From positions 2,624,001-2,688,000 of the forward strand of contig CATQHZ020000001.1 in assembly GCA_958296135.2 (NCBI GenBank): DNA of 64,000 nucleotides, in the 5' to 3' direction. The stretch is from an uncultured Poribacteria bacterium (lineage in GTDB: Bacteria > Poribacteria > WGA-4E > WGA-3G). The position numbers and the translations under genes were made by a program. Shown here piece by piece: positions 40,277-50,687 of the stretch (position 1 is the first letter of the stretch; each line of letters starts with the position of its first letter). The notes beneath the pieces were generated by a model. That model saw only the letters and a list, made by a program, of their open reading frames with translations, had not been told where the DNA came from and made no database searches.

Positions 40277-40583
40277 AATTTGCCTCCTTGTGGTTAAGAT
40301 ACCTCTATTTTGACATATTTTCAGAAAATTGTCAAACCTATTTTTTGGCCCCTGGGCTGCGGACGTTTCTCGTGTCAGACAAGAGCTCGCGGAGGACAGG
40401 CCCCCGCGCCACGGCAGCGAACAAGAAATCGCCACGAAAACCATAGGGCGAGGGACAGGCCCTCGCCATGCCTCGGTCCGGTTGTCTGTCTGAATCGCGG
40501 ATTTGCAGGATTATAGGCACCTGGTCTCCAACGGATGCTGCGCAGCGAGAAAAACACCGCTTCAGGTCCCTGATTAAAAAACG

Positions 40584-40612
40584 TTGACAAAAAGATCAAA
40601 ATTTGATACCAT
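40584..40612 (+). promoter_or_regulatory. Sigma70-type promoter
   Basis: TTGACA-17bp-TACCAT. Confidence 0.55.
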
Positions 40613-40745
40613 AAATTCAGCTTTGAACGTTTTTAGCGATTTTTCGTGTGAATTTGGCTTTTCCGCGATTTTTGCGGATTGTGTCTACTGCTTTTCCTAA
40701 TTGACATTTCAAAGCATTCTCAGGCAAATGCAAAGGAGAAAGACA

Positions 40746-42389
40746 ATGAAAAATTCAACGGTTTTCATCTTGGTACTGCTGTTAGCCGCGATGCCTGCTC
40801 TGACGACAGCAACTGCCCAACAGTACAGCCACACGGCTACACTGACGGCCAGTTATTCTTCCAATCGCGTAGCGTTTAAGGATAACGAGACGCTTATCAG
40901 CGCGGATTCATCCAGGAACCTTCGCGCCTGGGATGTCAATACCGGTGCGGAGCAATGGAACGTGAAACTTGGCAATCGCATTTCTGCCATTGCGCTGCCA
41001 ACGCATGACCCGAGTTTCGTTGCCTACGGCGGCGGGGCTACCTACATAATTAAGAATGCGGATTTTACGATACAGGGAAATAGTATTCAAACGCGGCACA
41101 CAAGCAACGGTAAATGGCGCGCCAAGGTTGGATGGAAAACTCAAGAAGTCTCCGCTTTAGCCTTCAAACCTAATAGTTATCTGCTTGCTAGTGGTTACTA
41201 CGATGGAAGCATTCGCATTTGGAGCGTGAAACCGGGTAACAACGAACAACTGTTGCACATCCTAGACAGCCACACACGGCAAGTCCGTTCGCTAGCGTGG
41301 AGCCCTGATGGACGCACGCTTGCTAGCGGCAGCACCGACGACACCGTACGGTTGTGGAATCCAGATACCGGTGCCAACCTCGCCGTGCTCAGAGGCCATG
41401 ACAGGGCTGTCCGGGCGGTGGTATGGAGCCCGAACGGACAAACGCTCGTCAGCGCAGGCAACGATAACACCGTCCGCATCTGGCACCCCGATACCCACGA
41501 AACCCTGCGCGTCCTGAGAGGACACACCGGCGATGTCAATGCGTTAGCCTTTCACCCTGATGGGCAGACGCTAGCGAGTGGGGGCACCGACCGAGCCATC
41601 CGCTTGTGGAATCCGAACAACGGTAACCTTAAAAACATTTTGAGAACAACCCGACGCGTCCAATCGTTAGTTTTTTCACCCAACGGACAGACTCTCGCAG
41701 TAGGCACCGATACGAATAGGAGCGGCGAGGGCATCCAATTGTGGACAAGGCTCATCGTGGATGTCACCGGCGATGGTAGTGTCACCTTCGAGGACCTCAT
41801 CGTCGTGTCAAGGAACTACGGCAAAACCGTCGCAGACGGGGCAGATAGCAATGCGGATGTTAATAAGGATGGAAAGGTGGATATTGACGATCTGGTTGCT
41901 GTGGCAAAGGGTGTCGATGCCGCTGCAGCACCTGTAGGCATCAACACCGGGAGGGCTCGCCTACAAGCGGCGGATGTGCATCAGTGGCTCCGCGATGCAA
42001 AGCAGGCCAACACAGCTCCAGAGGGAATTGCCGCACTAGAGCGGCTCTTGGCAGCATTAACGCACGTTGAAGCACCGCCGAAAGAGACAGCACTGCTTGC
42101 CAACTATCCGAATCCGTTCAACCCGGAAACGTGGATACCCTTTAGGTTGGGCTCGCCTGAGCCCAACACCTTGACAGATGTCACCCTTTCCATCTATACG
42201 GCGGATGGGAAGTTAGTTCGCACGTTGGATTTAGGGCAATTGCCGGCGGGTGTGTATCAGACGAAGGCACACGCCGCGTATTGGGATGGCCGGAATGCAC
42301 AAGGCGAACCGGTTGCAAGCGGTGTCTATTTCTACACGCTGATGGCAGGAAATTTCACAGCGACGAAGAATATGGTGATACGGAAGTAG
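40746..42389 (+). CDS. Secreted WD40-repeat protein with dockerin-like module and FlgD-Ig/T9SS-CTD-like C-terminus
   Basis: Signal peptide; GH...V..LAWSPDG.TLASG..D.TVRLW repeats; DVTGDG/DVNKDG; LLANYPNPFNPETWIP..WDGRN..VASGVYFY. Confidence 0.88.
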   Translation: MKNSTVFILVLLLAAMPALTTATAQQYSHTATLTASYSSNRVAFKDNETLISADSSRNLRAWDVNTGAEQWNVKLGNRISAIALPTHDPSFVAYGGGATYIIKNADFTIQGNSIQTRHTSNGKWRAKVGWKTQEVSALAFKPNSYLLASGYYDGSIRIWSVKPGNNEQLLHILDSHTRQVRSLAWSPDGRTLASGSTDDTVRLWNPDTGANLAVLRGHDRAVRAVVWSPNGQTLVSAGNDNTVRIWHPDTHETLRVLRGHTGDVNALAFHPDGQTLASGGTDRAIRLWNPNNGNLKNILRTTRRVQSLVFSPNGQTLAVGTDTNRSGEGIQLWTRLIVDVTGDGSVTFEDLIVVSRNYGKTVADGADSNADVNKDGKVDIDDLVAVAKGVDAAAAPVGINTGRARLQAADVHQWLRDAKQANTAPEGIAALERLLAALTHVEAPPKETALLANYPNPFNPETWIPFRLGSPEPNTLTDVTLSIYTADGKLVRTLDLGQLPAGVYQTKAHAAYWDGRNAQGEPVASGVYFYTLMAGNFTATKNMVIRK

Positions 42390-42409
42390 CACGCTTTCAA
42401 AGCACCTAC

Positions 42410-42830
42410 CGGTTGGTGCCCGTAGCGTGAGGGCCGTCACGGGCACGCCTACAGAAAAAGTGCGTGTGTCGCCCCGCGTCAGCGCGGTCACGTCTACAGC
42501 AAACGTGTTTACGGTAGGGAAACCGTCGAACTGACAAGGCAGCTCGCCTGTCTTGATAGACGTGACCGGTGCTTCGCAAAAACAAACTACCTTTGTCCCT
42601 CGCAAGGCTGGCGCGTTACAGAAGACATCCATGGCCCCGGGCTGCAGGCGTTTTCCATTGTGCTTGAGGGGTCGCGGAGGAAAGGCCCCCGCGCTACGGG
42701 CCACGGGGCGTTTTTCGTGTCAGTTGAGAGCTCGCGGTAGACAGGCCCCCGCGCTACGGTAAAAAGACGTTCGCATCAACAAGATGCCCCTAATCCTGTT
42801 AATCCTTTAATCCACGATTCAGACAACAAA
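42410..42830. repeat. Composite REP cluster ending in an AATCC..GATTCAGACA motif
   Basis: Family B REPs on both strands plus the 45-bp unit; related composites at about 23530-23717 (+) and 40380-40515 (-). Confidence 0.65.
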
Positions 42831-42862
42831 AAATCCGCGCGCGAGAAAAATCAAAAAATTTC

Positions 42863-42890
42863 TTGACATTTTTTGCGAATTTGGTATAAT
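42863..42890 (+). promoter_or_regulatory. Sigma70 promoter with extended -10
   Basis: TTGACA-16bp-TATAAT with TG at the extended position. Confidence 0.65.
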
Positions 42891-43012
42891 ACTAAAAATA
42901 ATGAACAGAATGCCGTGATAATTTGATGAGCCAGCTTAAAAAGGCTGGCACCGGATGGGCGCGCGGCCGAAAGCGTGCCTTATCCACACATTTCTATCCA
43001 AGGAGGATAACG

Positions 43013-44383
43013 ATGAACCGGTTTACCCCCATTTTCCTCGTCTTCGCGCTACTGACAGCGACGATTTTCGTCGGTTGCGGGCAAGGCGGAATTAGCATCA
43101 TCCCACTCGGCGCGAAACTTCAGAACGCCGACAACGCCTTTAACGAGGCGGAACTGATGAAGGTGCGGGACGATGACCCGGAAAAAATGAAGAAAAACCG
43201 TGCCGAGCAGCAGAAAGGCTACGATCGCGCGATGAAGCTCTACCTCGAAGTCATTGAACGCGATGCGAAGGGCAAATACGCCCAGCGCGCGCATTACCAA
43301 ATCGCCGAAATCTATAAGCGGAAATACGAGTGGGATAAAGCCACCGAGCATTATCAGGCAATCGTTGAGATTGCACCCACCGGCTACTACGCGAACGAGG
43401 CGAAAAGCGGCACGGCGAACATCCGGAAGAACCGCCAAATCATTAAGGATAAGCGTGCTGAGTACCAGAACTACAAGGCACTCTACGACGCAGATCCGAA
43501 GGACGAAACCTTCAACATCGCCGCAGGAGCACTCTACGAAGTCGCGCGCGCTTATGAAGGCCTGGAAAACTACCCCGAAGCCATCCGAAATTATGAACGA
43601 ATGGTGGAGGAGTTCTCCGCACACTCCAAGGCACCGCAGGCACAGTTCCAGATCGGCAACATCTATTTTTACGAACTCTACGATTACACCGGCGGCTGGC
43701 CCGCATTCGTCGCTGTCACCGAGAAGTTCCCCGATTCTTACGAAGCCTCGCAAGCCTCAACACTGCTGAAACAGACTGCCGACATCCTCACCGAGATTAA
43801 GCAGCTGATGGACGAAATCGACCAGAATCGCAGTAAGAAAGCCATGGAATACGAAGAATCCGGCAGAAAGATTACACCCGCCGACAGATGGAGAATGGGC
43901 ATGGCGGACCTCGTCGTACAGAGCTTCCAACAGGTCGCGAACGACTGGGAGAAACTCCGCAACTACCCGAGGGCGATTCAGGCATACGAAAAACTCGCAT
44001 CGGACGTGTCGCACAAGAAGTTCGCCGCGGCAGACGCACTCTACCGGGCAGGAACCCTCTACCAGCAAAATGGTGAATACGAACGCGCAATTCAGGCATA
44101 CAACCGCCTCTTTGAAAACGCCCCAGAATCCACATGGCGCAACGAGGCAGTTTACCAGCAGGCAGTCTGCTACCGCGCCATTCGGGAATTCGGCTCCGCT
44201 TATGAAGGATTCAAGGCGTATATGAGCATCACAAAGGGGGACACGCCTTACCTACGCGAAGCAGAGCAGATTGTCCGCCAATTTGAACTCGACCAGGACC
44301 AGGACGGATACCCCTTCTACAAAGAACAGGAAGAAGGCACATCCGACCAGGACGCGAATTCATACCCTGGCAGCGGCAGCTAA
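43013..44383 (+). CDS. TPR-repeat lipoprotein (BamD/CpoB-like repeats)
   Basis: Lipobox FVGC; repeated A.YQIA/IG..Y....A...Y units; C-terminal DQDQDG; AAGGAGG RBS. Confidence 0.85.
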   Translation: MNRFTPIFLVFALLTATIFVGCGQGGISIIPLGAKLQNADNAFNEAELMKVRDDDPEKMKKNRAEQQKGYDRAMKLYLEVIERDAKGKYAQRAHYQIAEIYKRKYEWDKATEHYQAIVEIAPTGYYANEAKSGTANIRKNRQIIKDKRAEYQNYKALYDADPKDETFNIAAGALYEVARAYEGLENYPEAIRNYERMVEEFSAHSKAPQAQFQIGNIYFYELYDYTGGWPAFVAVTEKFPDSYEASQASTLLKQTADILTEIKQLMDEIDQNRSKKAMEYEESGRKITPADRWRMGMADLVVQSFQQVANDWEKLRNYPRAIQAYEKLASDVSHKKFAAADALYRAGTLYQQNGEYERAIQAYNRLFENAPESTWRNEAVYQQAVCYRAIREFGSAYEGFKAYMSITKGDTPYLREAEQIVRQFELDQDQDGYPFYKEQEEGTSDQDANSYPGSGS

Positions 44384-44390
44384 TACCACA

Positions 44391-44567
44391 TTAACCCGTG
44401 TAAAGCGAGAGCACTTGTTCACCAGAACGATTTAGTTCTCCGAAACCTCTGTCGTTTGAGAACACCTGAGCACAAATAGGTAGGGATCTCCCGAGCCCTA
44501 CCTACAAAGGACAGAGGAACATTTGAAAACTAAATCGTTCTCCCCGCGCCCACTTTACACGGGTTAA
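44391..44567. mobile_element. 177-bp nested inverted-repeat element (MITE/REPIN-like, or a structured RNA)
   Basis: Perfect IRs of 15, 14 and 8 bp around a TAGGTAGGG/CCCTACCTA hairpin. Confidence 0.5.
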
Positions 44568-44596
44568 TTTTAACGGGCAATAGAGAGGAAACGCTC

Positions 44597-45343
44597 ATGT
44601 TAACCCTGAAAACCACTGGCTTTTTTATCTTCTGCCTCGCCATGTCGTTCAACATCGCTACCGCCGCGGACTTGCAAGACGGCCTTGTCAACTATTGGCC
44701 CCTTGATGGCGATGCCACCGATAGCATCGGCAAAAACGATGGCGAAACCGTTGGAAAACTGACCTGGGTAGACGCGCGCGTCGGAAAAGGCGCAAAGTTC
44801 GATGGCGGTTCACAGAAAATCCAAATCCCAGACTACAAATTCATCACTACCACGACGACTTATGCCGCGTGGATCAACGGCTGGAAAGCCAGTGCCTGGG
44901 CAGGCATCGTCGGCTCGCGCACACCAACTGCCACTGAACTCATTTTCGGAGACAACGATTTCCTCCACTACGTCTGGAATAACAACGCCGCTGAAACATG
45001 GCGGTGGGATGGCGGACCCGAAATTCCGCAGGACGAATGGGCCCTCGCCGCAATGACAATCGAAACCAAGCAGGCGACGCTCTATATCTATACCGATGCC
45101 GATGGATTGGATAAAGGGATAAACGATATCCCGCATGTTGAACAAGAAATCGGACCGCTGAATATCGCGTGGGTGGATTGTTGCGGCGGAAATCGCTATT
45201 TCAAAGGGATCATTGACGAAGTGATGATATTCGACCGGGCGTTGTCTGAAGATGAGATTCTGCAACTCGCAACGCAAGGGCTCGCTGTCGAAGCAACACA
45301 TAAACTGACAACGACGTGGGGCAAAATTAAACGTGCCCGTTGA
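44597..45343 (+). CDS. Secreted LamG/concanavalin-A-like protein with KLTTTWG C-terminus
   Basis: Signal peptide, GLVNYWPLDG, FKGIIDEVMIFDRALSEDEI and AVEATHKLTTTWGKIK. Confidence 0.88.
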   Translation: MLTLKTTGFFIFCLAMSFNIATAADLQDGLVNYWPLDGDATDSIGKNDGETVGKLTWVDARVGKGAKFDGGSQKIQIPDYKFITTTTTYAAWINGWKASAWAGIVGSRTPTATELIFGDNDFLHYVWNNNAAETWRWDGGPEIPQDEWALAAMTIETKQATLYIYTDADGLDKGINDIPHVEQEIGPLNIAWVDCCGGNRYFKGIIDEVMIFDRALSEDEILQLATQGLAVEATHKLTTTWGKIKRAR

Positions 45344-45529
45344 GTCGTCTCCGGCAGCAGAGATGTCACGACCGGGATGTCGCGCCTACCGGAAGAAGTT
45401 CAGCCCTATTAGGGCAAGATGAGTTTGCCCTATCTTGATTTGTTTGCGCGCGGGCGAACGCAAACTACAAAGACAGGATAACTAAAAACCTCAGAGGTGA
45501 ATTGGTTCTTATTCTGTGTTCCTCTGTCT

Positions 45530-46351
45530 TCAGAGGAACAACTTCACGCGCGAACGTTCCCTCGCTGGCAAACGGCTGTAGACTGTCTGCCGGATGAGTT
45601 CTGGCGTATAGCGGCGGGAGAAGTGCGTTAGCACGATATGCTCACTTTCAAGCTCAGCTAACATCGGCATTAACATATCAAGATGCAGGTGCATCGTCTT
45701 TTTGGCGCGCGCGCGATGCTCGGGCAGGACAAAGGTGCATTCGCAAATCAGCACATGGCACTGTTTGAGCAACGGGTGCGCATCAAGCGGAATACCTCGC
45801 GTATCCCCAAGATAGGCGATCAGCGGCAACTGTACCTCTGTCGTCACCTCTGTCCCTGACTGCTTGAGTGCCGCAATCTCATGCCCCGGCAGCTCATGGA
45901 ATTCAGGCTTCAGTTTTTTGCGAACCTCGCAAATGAGGTAAGAGACAGCAGGAACACTATGGTTGCCCGGCAGAACGTGCGCGACCAGATTCTGGCGAAA
46001 CGGGACCGCATCGCCAACATGGACTGGCGTGATGCGATACGCCCACCGCCCCCCCATATCCAACGCGGAGATCTTATCCAAAATGTGCGTCAACTGTCGA
46101 AAACCGCTTGAGGGCACATAGATATTCCCCGGCGGTATATCGGAAAGCCAGCGTTGGCTGATATAGATGGGGAGCCCGAAATAGTGGTCCAAGTGAAAAT
46201 GCGAGATGAAGACGTTGTCTGTGCCGATAAAATTCATCGGGCACCGGCCTAAATCAAAAACCAGATCGAGCTCTTTCACCCGGATGTAGGTAGCCACAGC
46301 GGAGCTAGATTTTCCCTCAAGTGTTAAATTTCCACAGTGCAACAGTGCCAT
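45530..46351 (-). CDS. Metallo-beta-lactamase fold nuclease (short RNase Z-like)
   Basis: ISHFHLDHYFG, HSVP, RKKLKPEF arm, YLGDT, ECTF and LTHFSRRY. Confidence 0.82.
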   Translation of the reverse strand: MALLHCGNLTLEGKSSSAVATYIRVKELDLVFDLGRCPMNFIGTDNVFISHFHLDHYFGLPIYISQRWLSDIPPGNIYVPSSGFRQLTHILDKISALDMGGRWAYRITPVHVGDAVPFRQNLVAHVLPGNHSVPAVSYLICEVRKKLKPEFHELPGHEIAALKQSGTEVTTEVQLPLIAYLGDTRGIPLDAHPLLKQCHVLICECTFVLPEHRARAKKTMHLHLDMLMPMLAELESEHIVLTHFSRRYTPELIRQTVYSRLPARERSRVKLFL

Positions 46352-46364
46352 ATTTCATTTCTCA

Positions 46365-46470
46365 GTAGGAGGGACCTCCCGGTCCCGATGGGTAGGAAGC
46401 CCCTCCCAGTCTCAATTCGTAGGAGGAACCTCCCGGTCCCGATGGGTAGGAGGGACCTCCCGGTCCCGAT
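46365..46470 (+). repeat. Four tandem family A REPs with a 27-bp period
   Basis: GTAGGAGGGACCTCCCGGTCCCGAT-like units at 46365, 46392, 46419 and 46446. Confidence 0.88.
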
Positions 46471-46511
46471 ACGAAGGAACTCCCAGCCCAAACGCTTTTT
46501 TTGGAGAACGT

Positions 46512-47375
46512 ATGTCTATTAAAATCGGAATTATCGGCGGCAGCGGCTTTTATCAGATGGACGGTTTAACCGACATCAAAGAAATCGAGGTAGAAACCCC
46601 CTTCGGGAAACCGAGCGACGCGCTCATCCTCGGCACCCTTGAAGGAAAACAGGTAGCTTTTCTCCCACGACACGGTATCGGGCACCCGCTACTGCCCTCA
46701 GAACTTAACGCCCGCGCTAACATTTACGCCTTGAAATCCCTCGGCGTGGAATATCTCATCGCCGTCAGTGCCGTCGGCAGTCTGAAACAGGAGATCGAAC
46801 CGCGTCAGTTCGTCGTCCCGGAGCAACTCTATGACCACACGAAGGACAGGAACAGCACCTTTTTCGGTGATGGCCTCGCCGTGCATGTGAGCCTTGCACA
46901 TCCCTTCTGTCCACACCTAAACGAGTTCTTACATACCGCCGCACTTGAAGCCGGCACAACCGTGCATCGGGGCGGCACCTATATCTGTATGGAGGGCCCC
47001 GCTTTTTCAACGCGCGCCGAATCCCAGGTATACCGGCACCTCGGCTTTGACATCATCGGGATGACTGCGGCACCGGAAGCAAAATTAGCGCGCGAAGCGG
47101 AAATCTGCTACACGCTCCTCGCCTGCATTACCGATTACGACTGCTGGCACCCCGAACACGATGCCGTCACCACTGATATGATTCTGGACAACCTCCGTGC
47201 CAACGTCGAAGCATCAAAACAGACAGTGCGAAACGCCGTGGCGAAGATTGCCGACGTTCCCCGAACGTGCAGCTGCGCGAACGCGCTTGAAAACGCGATT
47301 GCTACACATCCCGATAAGATTCCGCCCACAACGCGACATCGGCTAAGTTTGCTGCTCGATAAATACCTCGCGTAA
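46512..47375 (+). CDS. mtnP: S-methyl-5'-thioadenosine phosphorylase
   Basis: GIIGGSG, TPFGKPS, LPRHG, MEGPAFSTRAES, GMT..PEAKLAREAE and TDYDCW. Confidence 0.93.
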   Translation: MSIKIGIIGGSGFYQMDGLTDIKEIEVETPFGKPSDALILGTLEGKQVAFLPRHGIGHPLLPSELNARANIYALKSLGVEYLIAVSAVGSLKQEIEPRQFVVPEQLYDHTKDRNSTFFGDGLAVHVSLAHPFCPHLNEFLHTAALEAGTTVHRGGTYICMEGPAFSTRAESQVYRHLGFDIIGMTAAPEAKLAREAEICYTLLACITDYDCWHPEHDAVTTDMILDNLRANVEASKQTVRNAVAKIADVPRTCSCANALENAIATHPDKIPPTTRHRLSLLLDKYLA

Positions 47376-47428
47376 CGCACCGATTTGCCCGTAGGCGCGC
47401 TTGAAAAGCGCGCCTATCTCAGGTTAGG

Positions 47429-48781
47429 TTACCCTTGATTCACAAGAACGTCGCGGAGCGTATCAAAAATTCTATCCGCCTCAGCCTCCGTGAGAATAAG
47501 CGGCGGGGCTATCAAGATGATATTCTCCGGCTCGTCCATGGCGTGGCCAATCTTGCCGACGATAACGCCTTTCTCTCTTAATTCGCCGACAATTCGGTTC
47601 GTGTGTGCTGTTTCCAGATGCGCGCCATCAGCCCGAATTAATTCTACCGCCAGCATCAGTCCTTTGCCGCGCACATCGCCAACGATAGGCAAATCTTTCA
47701 GCGGATCCAACTTCTCAAGGAGGTAACTCCCCACCTTCTCGGCGTTTTCCCAGAGACGTTCTTCCTGCAAGATTTTCAGGTTCGCCACACCGGCGGCGCA
47801 AGCGACAGGATGGCCGCCATAGGTGCAAACCTGTGCGAACTCGTTATTTTCATCGGGCCCACCGAGGAACGCCTCAAATACCTTCGTGGAGGCGACACAT
47901 GCGCCAAGAGGAACATAGCCGCTCGTCAATCCTTTGGCAAGCGTGATAATATCCGGTTGGACACCCCAATGCTCACACGCAAACATCTTCCCGGTCCGGC
48001 CAAAACCGGTAATCACTTCGTCAAGGATGAGCAGCAGCCCGTAAGCATCGCAGATTTCGCGGAGTTTCGGCAGATATTCATCTGGCGGCACAATCACGCC
48101 GCCCCCACCGATGATAGGCTCCGCGATAACGGCAATCACCGTCTCGGGGCCCTCGGATTGAATTATCCGCGCGATGTCCTCGGCGCAACCCACATTGCAG
48201 GTAGAAGCCGCTAATCCTAACGGGCACCGATAACAGTAAGGCGGATGCGCATGGTGAAAACCGGGGACGAGCGGTTCAAACGCCTTCCGCCGCCGCGCCT
48301 GTCCCGTCGCCGACAACGCGCCGTAGGTAAACCCGTGATACCCGCGATACCGACTGATGATTTTATAGCGATTCTCACCCGGATAGTGCTGTCTGCCGTA
48401 TTGGCGTGCAATTTTAATCGCTGTCTCGTTCGCCTCAGAACCGCTGTTGCAAAAATAGACGTGGTTCAAATCACCCGGCAGGCACGCCGCTAATTGCGCC
48501 GCTAGCACCGTCGCCGGTGCATTAATCTGCGAGTGCGGATAGTAGGGCAACCGCTGAATCTGCGCGTAGACAGCATCCGCAATCTCCTGCCTGCCATAGC
48601 CGACGTTGACGTTCCACAGTGCCGAATAGGCATCCAGATATTCTCTGCCTTCTTCGTCCACGAGCGTTGTCCCGTGCGCCGATTTGAAAACGAGCAACTC
48701 TGTCTCATCAAGCCGCCGATGTTGAAAAAGCGGGTGCCACACATGCGCCTTATCGACAACTCTATAGTCTATTGTCTCCAT
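47429..48781 (-). CDS. Class III PLP aminotransferase
   Basis: [37 protein letters not shown] and RGKGLM. Confidence 0.92.
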   Translation of the reverse strand: METIDYRVVDKAHVWHPLFQHRRLDETELLVFKSAHGTTLVDEEGREYLDAYSALWNVNVGYGRQEIADAVYAQIQRLPYYPHSQINAPATVLAAQLAACLPGDLNHVYFCNSGSEANETAIKIARQYGRQHYPGENRYKIISRYRGYHGFTYGALSATGQARRRKAFEPLVPGFHHAHPPYCYRCPLGLAASTCNVGCAEDIARIIQSEGPETVIAVIAEPIIGGGGVIVPPDEYLPKLREICDAYGLLLILDEVITGFGRTGKMFACEHWGVQPDIITLAKGLTSGYVPLGACVASTKVFEAFLGGPDENNEFAQVCTYGGHPVACAAGVANLKILQEERLWENAEKVGSYLLEKLDPLKDLPIVGDVRGKGLMLAVELIRADGAHLETAHTNRIVGELREKGVIVGKIGHAMDEPENIILIAPPLILTEAEADRIFDTLRDVLVNQG

Positions 48782-48971
48782 TTGTGGATTTTCTCCCTCC
48801 TGAAGCGACATTTGGTATAATCCTAAATTCACCGCTATAGTTCGGGCTCGCAAGTCTCCGATGTTAATGACAATGGCTTCCGCCCGTAGCCCGAGAAAAA
48901 TTAGCCATCTATGTATTTATCTTCATGCGAACGCCACCTACAGAAGTGAGACGAATCAACGTCATTTGGCA

Positions 48972-50687
48972 TTACATCCGTTTCTCCAGCGCGGAAATAC
49001 CCAACAGTGCCAACCCGTTTTTCAACACCGTCTGCACCGCGCGCGTCAAGACAAGCCGCGCCTGTGTCCGTTCTTGGTGCGCGGCATCCAGCACCCGATG
49101 CTGATTATAGTAGGGATGGAATAACCCCGCCAACTCATGCAAATAGTGCGCGATGCGATGAACCTCGCGCGCCTCTGCACTGAAAAGCACCAATGCCGGA
49201 AATTCCGACAACTTCCGGATTAACTCATGCGCCATCGGCTCCGTCAGCAGCTCCAAGGAAACCTTGTCAATCCGCCGCGGCGTAATCCCGTGCTCGGCAG
49301 TCTTTTGGAGAATGCTCCAGCACCGCGCGAAGGCATACTGAATGTAGAAGACCGGATTTTCATTCGCCTCCGTAATTGCCAATTCCAGATTGAAATCGAG
49401 GTGCGTGTTATTGGCGCGCATCAGAAAGAAATAACGCGCAACATCCACAGCGAACCGCTCGCCGATGGCACCCGCGAGTTCGTCAACGAGCGCGTCCAAC
49501 GTCAAGAACTTCCCACGCCGTTTTGACATGTCCTCCCGATGCCCCTCGGCATTCACGAAGTTCACCTGCTGAATAATAGAAATTTCCAGCCAGTCATCGG
49601 GCAAACCGAGGGCCTTCACAAAGTTGTGGAGGCGACTGACGTGCCCCTGATGGTCTGGGCCGAAAAAGTTAATGACTTGATGAAATCCCCGGTCAAACTT
49701 ATCGCGATGATAAGCGGCATCCGGCACGAAATAGGTGTACTCGCCATCACGCCGAATGACAACGCAATCCTTGTCGTCCCCGAAGGCTGACATCCGGAAC
49801 CACGTCGCATCTTCTGCCTCGTAGAGATACTGCTTGTCGCGAAACAGCTGGAGAATCTCCTCCGGTTTCCCGCTGTCCCGAATTGCCTTCTCGCTTGTCC
49901 AAACATCAAACTGAACGCCGAAACGTTCCAAGGATGCCTCTTGTTGCGCCAGGATGTGCGCGATGCCCCTGTCGCGGAAGAGAGATACTCGTTCCGCTGC
50001 ACCCAACTGCAGGTACGTGTCACCCTCCGCATCCGCGATGGCCTGCGCGAATTCCCGGAGGTACTCACCCTCGTAACCGCCCTCGGGGATTTGCAATCCT
50101 GTCTCACCTAACGCCTGCCGATAGCGGACATCAATAGATGTGCCGAGCCGCTCAACTTGCCCACCCGCATCGTTGACGTAGAACTCGCGGATAGCCTGAT
50201 AGCCGACAGCGTTCAGCAGATTGACGAGGGTATCGCCGACAGCCGCCGCTCGGCCGCTGACAATGTTCAGCGGCCCCGTCGGATTCGCACTGACAAATTC
50301 AACTTGAACGCGCTGGCCAGCACCCTTGTCGCAGGTGCCATAAGCATCTCCCTCGGCGACAATCGTGCGCAAGGTCGCGTAAAGCCACTCATCCGAAAGA
50401 TGGATGTTAATGAACCCCGGCCCAGCGATGTCAATCTGGCGAATCTGCGGATGTGCCGCCACTTCAATATGCGCGACAATCGTATCCGCAATCTTGCGTG
50501 GCGGCAGCTTGGCCTGTTTTGCCAACCCCAATGCTACCGGCGTAGCGAAATCGCCGTGCTCCGGCGTTTTCGTCGGGGAAAACGGGATATCGGGAACGTC
50601 AGGTATAGAGAGCTCTCCCGCCGAAATCGCCGCGCGAATCGCCGCTTGTAAAATAGCGTGAATTTCGGATTGAATCGTGTCTGTCAT
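48972..50687 (-). CDS. argS: Arginine--tRNA ligase
   Basis: HGDFAT, AGPGFIN, EFVSANPTGPL, NDAGGQ, MSKRRG and NPVFYIQY. Confidence 0.95.
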   Translation of the reverse strand: MTDTIQSEIHAILQAAIRAAISAGELSIPDVPDIPFSPTKTPEHGDFATPVALGLAKQAKLPPRKIADTIVAHIEVAAHPQIRQIDIAGPGFINIHLSDEWLYATLRTIVAEGDAYGTCDKGAGQRVQVEFVSANPTGPLNIVSGRAAAVGDTLVNLLNAVGYQAIREFYVNDAGGQVERLGTSIDVRYRQALGETGLQIPEGGYEGEYLREFAQAIADAEGDTYLQLGAAERVSLFRDRGIAHILAQQEASLERFGVQFDVWTSEKAIRDSGKPEEILQLFRDKQYLYEAEDATWFRMSAFGDDKDCVVIRRDGEYTYFVPDAAYHRDKFDRGFHQVINFFGPDHQGHVSRLHNFVKALGLPDDWLEISIIQQVNFVNAEGHREDMSKRRGKFLTLDALVDELAGAIGERFAVDVARYFFLMRANNTHLDFNLELAITEANENPVFYIQYAFARCWSILQKTAEHGITPRRIDKVSLELLTEPMAHELIRKLSEFPALVLFSAEAREVHRIAHYLHELAGLFHPYYNQHRVLDAAHQERTQARLVLTRAVQTVLKNGLALLGISALEKRM

